Shown here piece by piece: positions 60,868 through 64,000 of a stretch of DNA of 64,000 bases. A program made the translations under genes and the position numbers. Within the stretch, counting starts at the first letter, position 1, and every line of letters starts with the position of its first letter. The notes below the pieces were generated by a model. That model was not told where the DNA came from. It did not search any database and saw only the letters and a list, made by a program, of their open reading frames with translations. The DNA comes from Ginglymostoma cirratum (taxonomy: Eukaryota). Location: contig JAHRHZ010000002.1 of NCBI GenBank assembly GCA_024137785.1, positions 20,834,898 to 20,898,897 of the forward strand, read 5' to 3'.

Positions 60868-63426
60868 GTGTCTGTCTCTTACCTTGTGCAAAATGATTGG
60901 TTAGTGATTTAAAACAGAAAGTGCTGAAGAAAGTCAGCAGGTCTGGGAGCATCAGTTGAGAGAGAAAAACAGAGTTACAGTTTGTTTCAAATCAACGTCA
61001 TTATCTTTGTACTATCATTTGTAAATCACTTGGTAAAGTGTTAGAAGATAGTATATGAATACAGGTCAGTTAATTTCCGTTTGAAGTCAGCATTTGGAAA
61101 TGTCTGTTGATATTGAAACTTTTACGTGTTGGTAATATCATATAGTCAATTGTTTATAAAATCATTCATTTTGTTTGAAGATTTTAGCTTTCTTGCTCTA
61201 ACTATTTCTGATCATTCCTTACTTGCAGATTATCAGAAGCTACTCACTGAATTTGGTGAGTTGTTTGTCATTAAAAATGTGGCTTCATCTTCAGCTTGGC
61301 TACAGTTAGTAAATGAGCATAAAACCAGGTTCTGGTCTGGACCATTCTTTTCCTCACTCGGGTATAACAAGCTTGGAATGACTGGTTTCCCTCCTGATGT
61401 TGCAATCAACCTGTCTCCTGACACATATTTGTAGGCAGAGCTGCAGACTTTCATGACAGTATGAACATCTAGAGATCACCATGGCTTCAAATGGTGGCTT
61501 TGTGAAAAATGACTTGAGCATTGGACCCCTCGTTTTCAGCTGAAATTATAGAGTTTGAAATAATTCAAACTGTAGATTCACTTTGAATTGATCATGTGAG
61601 ATTCTTCACATCCCAGTTCATGATCATGGATTTGATTTTTAATTTGCATCAGGGTGGCAAGGCTAGCTTTTATAAAATGACTCTGGGCAATGGGTCCAGT
61701 TTTGTTCGAGATGGAAACTCAGGCAATTCTATAGCAGGTGGCTAATCCTCAAGTGCTTCATGGAAAATATACTCTTACATGCTCTTTATCAAATATCTAC
61801 ATAACAACAGATTTGAAGTGGGGAACTTCTGAAACTCACTCCATGGTGCCACGAGGTGGCTACATGTTGACGTAGGAAAATAGAATGGGAACTGCTGGCA
61901 TCGGTATTTACAATGTTGATCAGAAATGCTGCCCAGAGGTCGGGACACCACACCCTCGCAAGATTTGCTTAACAACGCATCAGTTATTGCTGCCATAACT
62001 TAAAAAAGATGTGACTTTTATTCATTAAGAAAACTCTGGCATGAAAGGAAAATTTGTTGATAATGCGAAATCTGTTGAGTGGGCTTTATTCACACTTATT
62101 CATTTCACTATTTCCTTTTAGAGCAATGGAGACCTCTGGTCCAGTCAGGTATGTTCCCTGTATGAACGCACTCGAAAAAAAAATCTTCACTTGTTATTTC
62201 TATTAATGATTTGGATGTGAATATTGGAGGTATGCTTAGTAAGTTTGCAGATGACACTTGGTGGTGTAGTAGACAGTGAAGAAGGTTACCTCAAAGTACA
62301 ACGGGACCTTGGTCAGATAGGCTGATGGGCTGAGGAGTGGCAGATGAAGTTTAATTTAGATAAATGTGAGGTGCTGTATTTTGGAAAGGGAAATCAGGGC
62401 AGGATTTTTAAAGTTAATGGGACAGTCCTAAAGGGGTGTTGTTGAACAAAGAAACCTCAAAGTACAGGTTTATAGTTCCTTGAAAGTGGAGTCGCAGGTA
62501 GACAGGATAATGAAGAAGGCATTTGATATATTTGCCTTTATTGGTCAGTGCATTGAGTATAGGAGTTGGGAGGTCGTGTTGTGGCCGTACAGAACACTTT
62601 TGGAATACCGTGTTCAATTCTGGTCTCCCTGATATAGGAAGGATGTTCTGAAAGTGGAAAGGGTTCAGAAAAGTTTTACAAAGGTGTTGCCAGGATTGGA
62701 GGGTTTGAGCTATAGGAAGAGGCTGAATAGGCTGGGGCTGTTTTTCCCTGGAGTGTCGGAGACTGAGGGGTGACCTTATAGAATTTTATAAAATCATGAG
62801 GAGCATGGATAGGGTGAATAGCCAAGGTGTTTTCTGCAGGGTAGGGGAGTCCAAAACTAGAGGGCATAGGTTTAAGGTGAGAGGTGAAAGAATTCAAAGA
62901 GACCTAAGGGGCAACTTTTTCACACAGAGGGTGGTGTGTCTATGGAATGAGCTGCCAGAGGAAGTAGGTGGAGGCTGGTACAATTACAACATTTAAAAGA
63001 CAGCTGGATGGATATATGAACAGGGATATGGGCTAAAAGCTGGCAAATAAGACTACATTAATTCAGCATATTTGTTTGGTATGGACGAGTTGGGTTAAAG
63101 GGTCTGTTTCTGTGCTGTACAGACTTGAATGAATCTATTAGCATATGTGTATTGTTTGACGTTTGTCCAGGATAATGTTGAAAAAAATAGAATAGGAGGG
63201 TGTGAAGATCAAAATTATGTTAATCGCTACTTTTACTTAATTTAGTCCAGGGGTTTTGTGTTTGCGTGTCTTTGCTTGTCACTACCCACTGTGGGTCAAC
63301 CTCACATCCGTGGTTTACTGAAAACCACAATGTACTTTAGCTGTTGTCTTATTTGAGAGTATTACAGATTATTAATTACAGATGTTACTGTTTCTGCAGA
63401 GTGGAACAGGATACGGAGCCATGCAG
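43103..63426 (+). CDS. Butyrophilin-like gene 2, 3'-partial: join(43103-43142,43486-43860,46499-46783,48205-48324,49309-49335,53690-53716,55445-55471,55647-55673,55989-56015,57560-57586,58581-58607,59841-59867,60254-60280,61229-61255,62122-62148,63400-63426); B30.2 exon expected beyond 64000
   Basis: All introns GT-AG phase 1; open frame of 381 codons; collinear with gene 1 to the window end (63770 region matches 19090 region). Confidence 0.85.
43486..43860 (+). CDS. Gene 2 IgV exon
   Basis: VVLEC...MEVRW...YRGRTELF...[20 protein letters not shown]; 375 nt. Confidence 0.95.
46499..46783 (+). CDS. Gene 2 IgC exon
   Basis: GIRLGCRSEGWYPEPPILW...YTCVINN; 285 nt; 9 of 95 residues differ from gene 1. 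Confidence 0.95.
47240..47600 (+). mobile_element. CR1 3' fragment
   Basis: GLFPRVEQSKIRGHRFKVRG motif; absent from gene 1. Confidence 0.8.
48205..48324 (+). CDS. Gene 2 transmembrane exon
   Basis: [40 protein letters not shown]; 120 nt. Confidence 0.92.
48365..49060 (+). mobile_element. CR1 3' fragment with a small nested PLE-terminus piece (about 48800-48940)
   Basis: TRGHWFKVRGERFKGDPRGNFFTQRV motif; absent from gene 1. Confidence 0.8.
49309..49335 (+). CDS. Gene 2 micro-exon m1 GLRKSEDFC
   Basis: ttttctag| 27 nt |gtaagt. Confidence 0.85.
49566..53216 (+). mobile_element. Decayed CR1-group LINE (APE plus RT) with a tRNA-like 5' end, interrupted by an HE1 SINE (49878-50200, minus) and a PLE terminus (52497-52605)
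   Basis: QSDIVVLTESYL, NYCPISLLSITSKVMEGVIN, GVPQGSVLGPTIF, MFADD; ends in GCAATAAA and an A-rich tail. Confidence 0.85.
53690..53716 (+). CDS. Gene 2 micro-exon m2 EHLKLMEEV
   Basis: gttacag| 27 nt |gtgagt. Confidence 0.85.
54681..55332. mobile_element. Solo LTR (TGTGATG...CATAACA) with 4-bp TSD CCTT
   Basis: TG...CA termini; TSD; homologous to 13881-14555. Confidence 0.8.
55445..55471 (+). CDS. Gene 2 micro-exon m3 EQEKMKADK
   Basis: actttcag| 27 nt |gtaagt; no counterpart in gene 1. Confidence 0.75.
55647..55673 (+). CDS. Gene 2 micro-exon m4 EYGRLHQKI
   Basis: ttttttgcag| 27 nt |gtaaga; no counterpart in gene 1. Confidence 0.78.
55989..56015 (+). CDS. Gene 2 micro-exon m5 EIAKQKGKQ
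   Basis: catttcag| 27 nt |gtgagt; no counterpart in gene 1. Confidence 0.75.
57560..57586 (+). CDS. Gene 2 micro-exon m6 ECKKLQQEF
   Basis: ctcttcag| 27 nt |gtaaga; paralog of 17410-17436. Confidence 0.85.
57765..58160 (+). repeat. Degenerate minisatellite, about 60-65 bp unit (GTGTTTGATGGGACAGTGTAGAGGGAGCTTTACTCTGTATCTAACC...), about 6 copies
   Basis: Recurrent GATGGGA..., AGCTTTACTCT and CCTGTGCTGTA motifs at regular spacing. Confidence 0.75.
58581..58607 (+). CDS. Gene 2 micro-exon m7 EKEKAAIHA
   Basis: cttctacag| 27 nt |gtaagc. Confidence 0.75.
58995..59500 (-). mobile_element. CR1 3' fragment
   Basis: LERVQKRFTKMLPGLEGLSYRE...RLRGDLI. Confidence 0.85.
59841..59867 (+). CDS. Gene 2 micro-exon m8 EHEQFKKEV
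   Basis: ctgttacag| 27 nt |gtaagt; resembles m2, including acceptor context. Confidence 0.78.
59935..60130 (+). repeat. About 31-bp tandem repeat (CTGTTTCTCAGTCTGTGCT...GGGGG), about 6 copies
   Basis: Directly visible repeats of TTTCTCAGTCTG. Confidence 0.85.
60254..60280 (+). CDS. Gene 2 micro-exon m9 DEARESDKA
   Basis: tcttacag| 27 nt |gtatgt. Confidence 0.72.
61229..61255 (+). CDS. Gene 2 micro-exon m10 DYQKLLTEF
   Basis: acttgcag| 27 nt |gtgagt. Confidence 0.78.
62122..62148 (+). CDS. Gene 2 micro-exon m11 EQWRPLVQS
   Basis: ccttttag| 27 nt |gtatgt. Confidence 0.88.
62200..63140 (+). mobile_element. CR1 ORF2 3' fragment
   Basis: SKFADDT through [10 protein letters not shown]; absent from the paralogous gene 1 intron. 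Confidence 0.85.
63400..63426 (+). CDS. Gene 2 micro-exon m12 EWNRIRSHA
   Basis: ttctgcag| 27 nt |gtaaga. Confidence 0.88.
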
Positions 63427-64000
63427 GTAAGATTCTCAATGTATAGGACTACCCTAAACAGGAACATTTGTACCAAATGTGTGCGTGTGTGTGTGTGCGT
63501 GTGTGTGGGCATGGGTGTGGGCAGGCATTGTCACGCATGAGGGGGCTATCTACATCAAACTAGCTGACCAGAAAACATTCCCACCCTTACCTCCTGCTAT
63601 TGGAGCATCGGAAGAATTTACAAGATTGCTTAACAATTTGATTGGCCATATTATGATTGAAATTCCCCAGACACAAGTTGTGAAGTGTCCCAGAGACAGG
63701 GAGTCTACTCACTTTAACACAAGACCTCCTTAGGATTTTAAGACAATTGACAGCTCGATTTGCACTTTTTCTGACATCACATCTTTATTCCTCATTTTTT
63801 CTTCTAATTTGAATTCAAATTCTCAACTACCCCGGTGGGATTTGAACTCATCTTCTCTAGGCTTTGGGTGCAGCAGCAGAATCAGTACAGACTTGTAATA
63901 AAATATACTGTTCTATACAGCATGAAAGGAAGGTGCAACTTGGTTGCGCCATCTTTGTTGTAGCAGTGCACCAGGAATAGTTAACTGTCAATCATTATTC

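Overview
Eukaryotic, repeat-rich genomic DNA from a cartilaginous fish. The shark assignment is inferred from HE1/V-SINE and Deu-SINE copies, CR1 LINEs and Penelope-like elements. The window holds two tandem, same-strand paralogous butyrophilin-like (BTN/BTNL) genes with the architecture leader, IgV, IgC, TM, cytoplasmic micro-exons, B30.2 (PRY-SPRY). Gene 1 is complete (CDS 5956-20956, 10 coding exons, 499 aa predicted). Gene 2 (from 43103) runs off the window before its B30.2 exon. The most striking feature is invisible in the ORF track: the juxtamembrane stalk is built only from 27-nt phase-1 micro-exons, 5 in gene 1 and 12 in gene 2. In gene 2 these alternate between two types, giving an 18-residue period. 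Both genes share a CRE-like + ISRE promoter module. The intergenic region contains a near-complete decayed CR1, a Penelope-like element with inverted terminal repeats, TSD and hammerhead-like motifs, and a decayed viral envelope gene with PPT and LTR. All gene models are manual splice-site and reading-frame inferences without transcript data.
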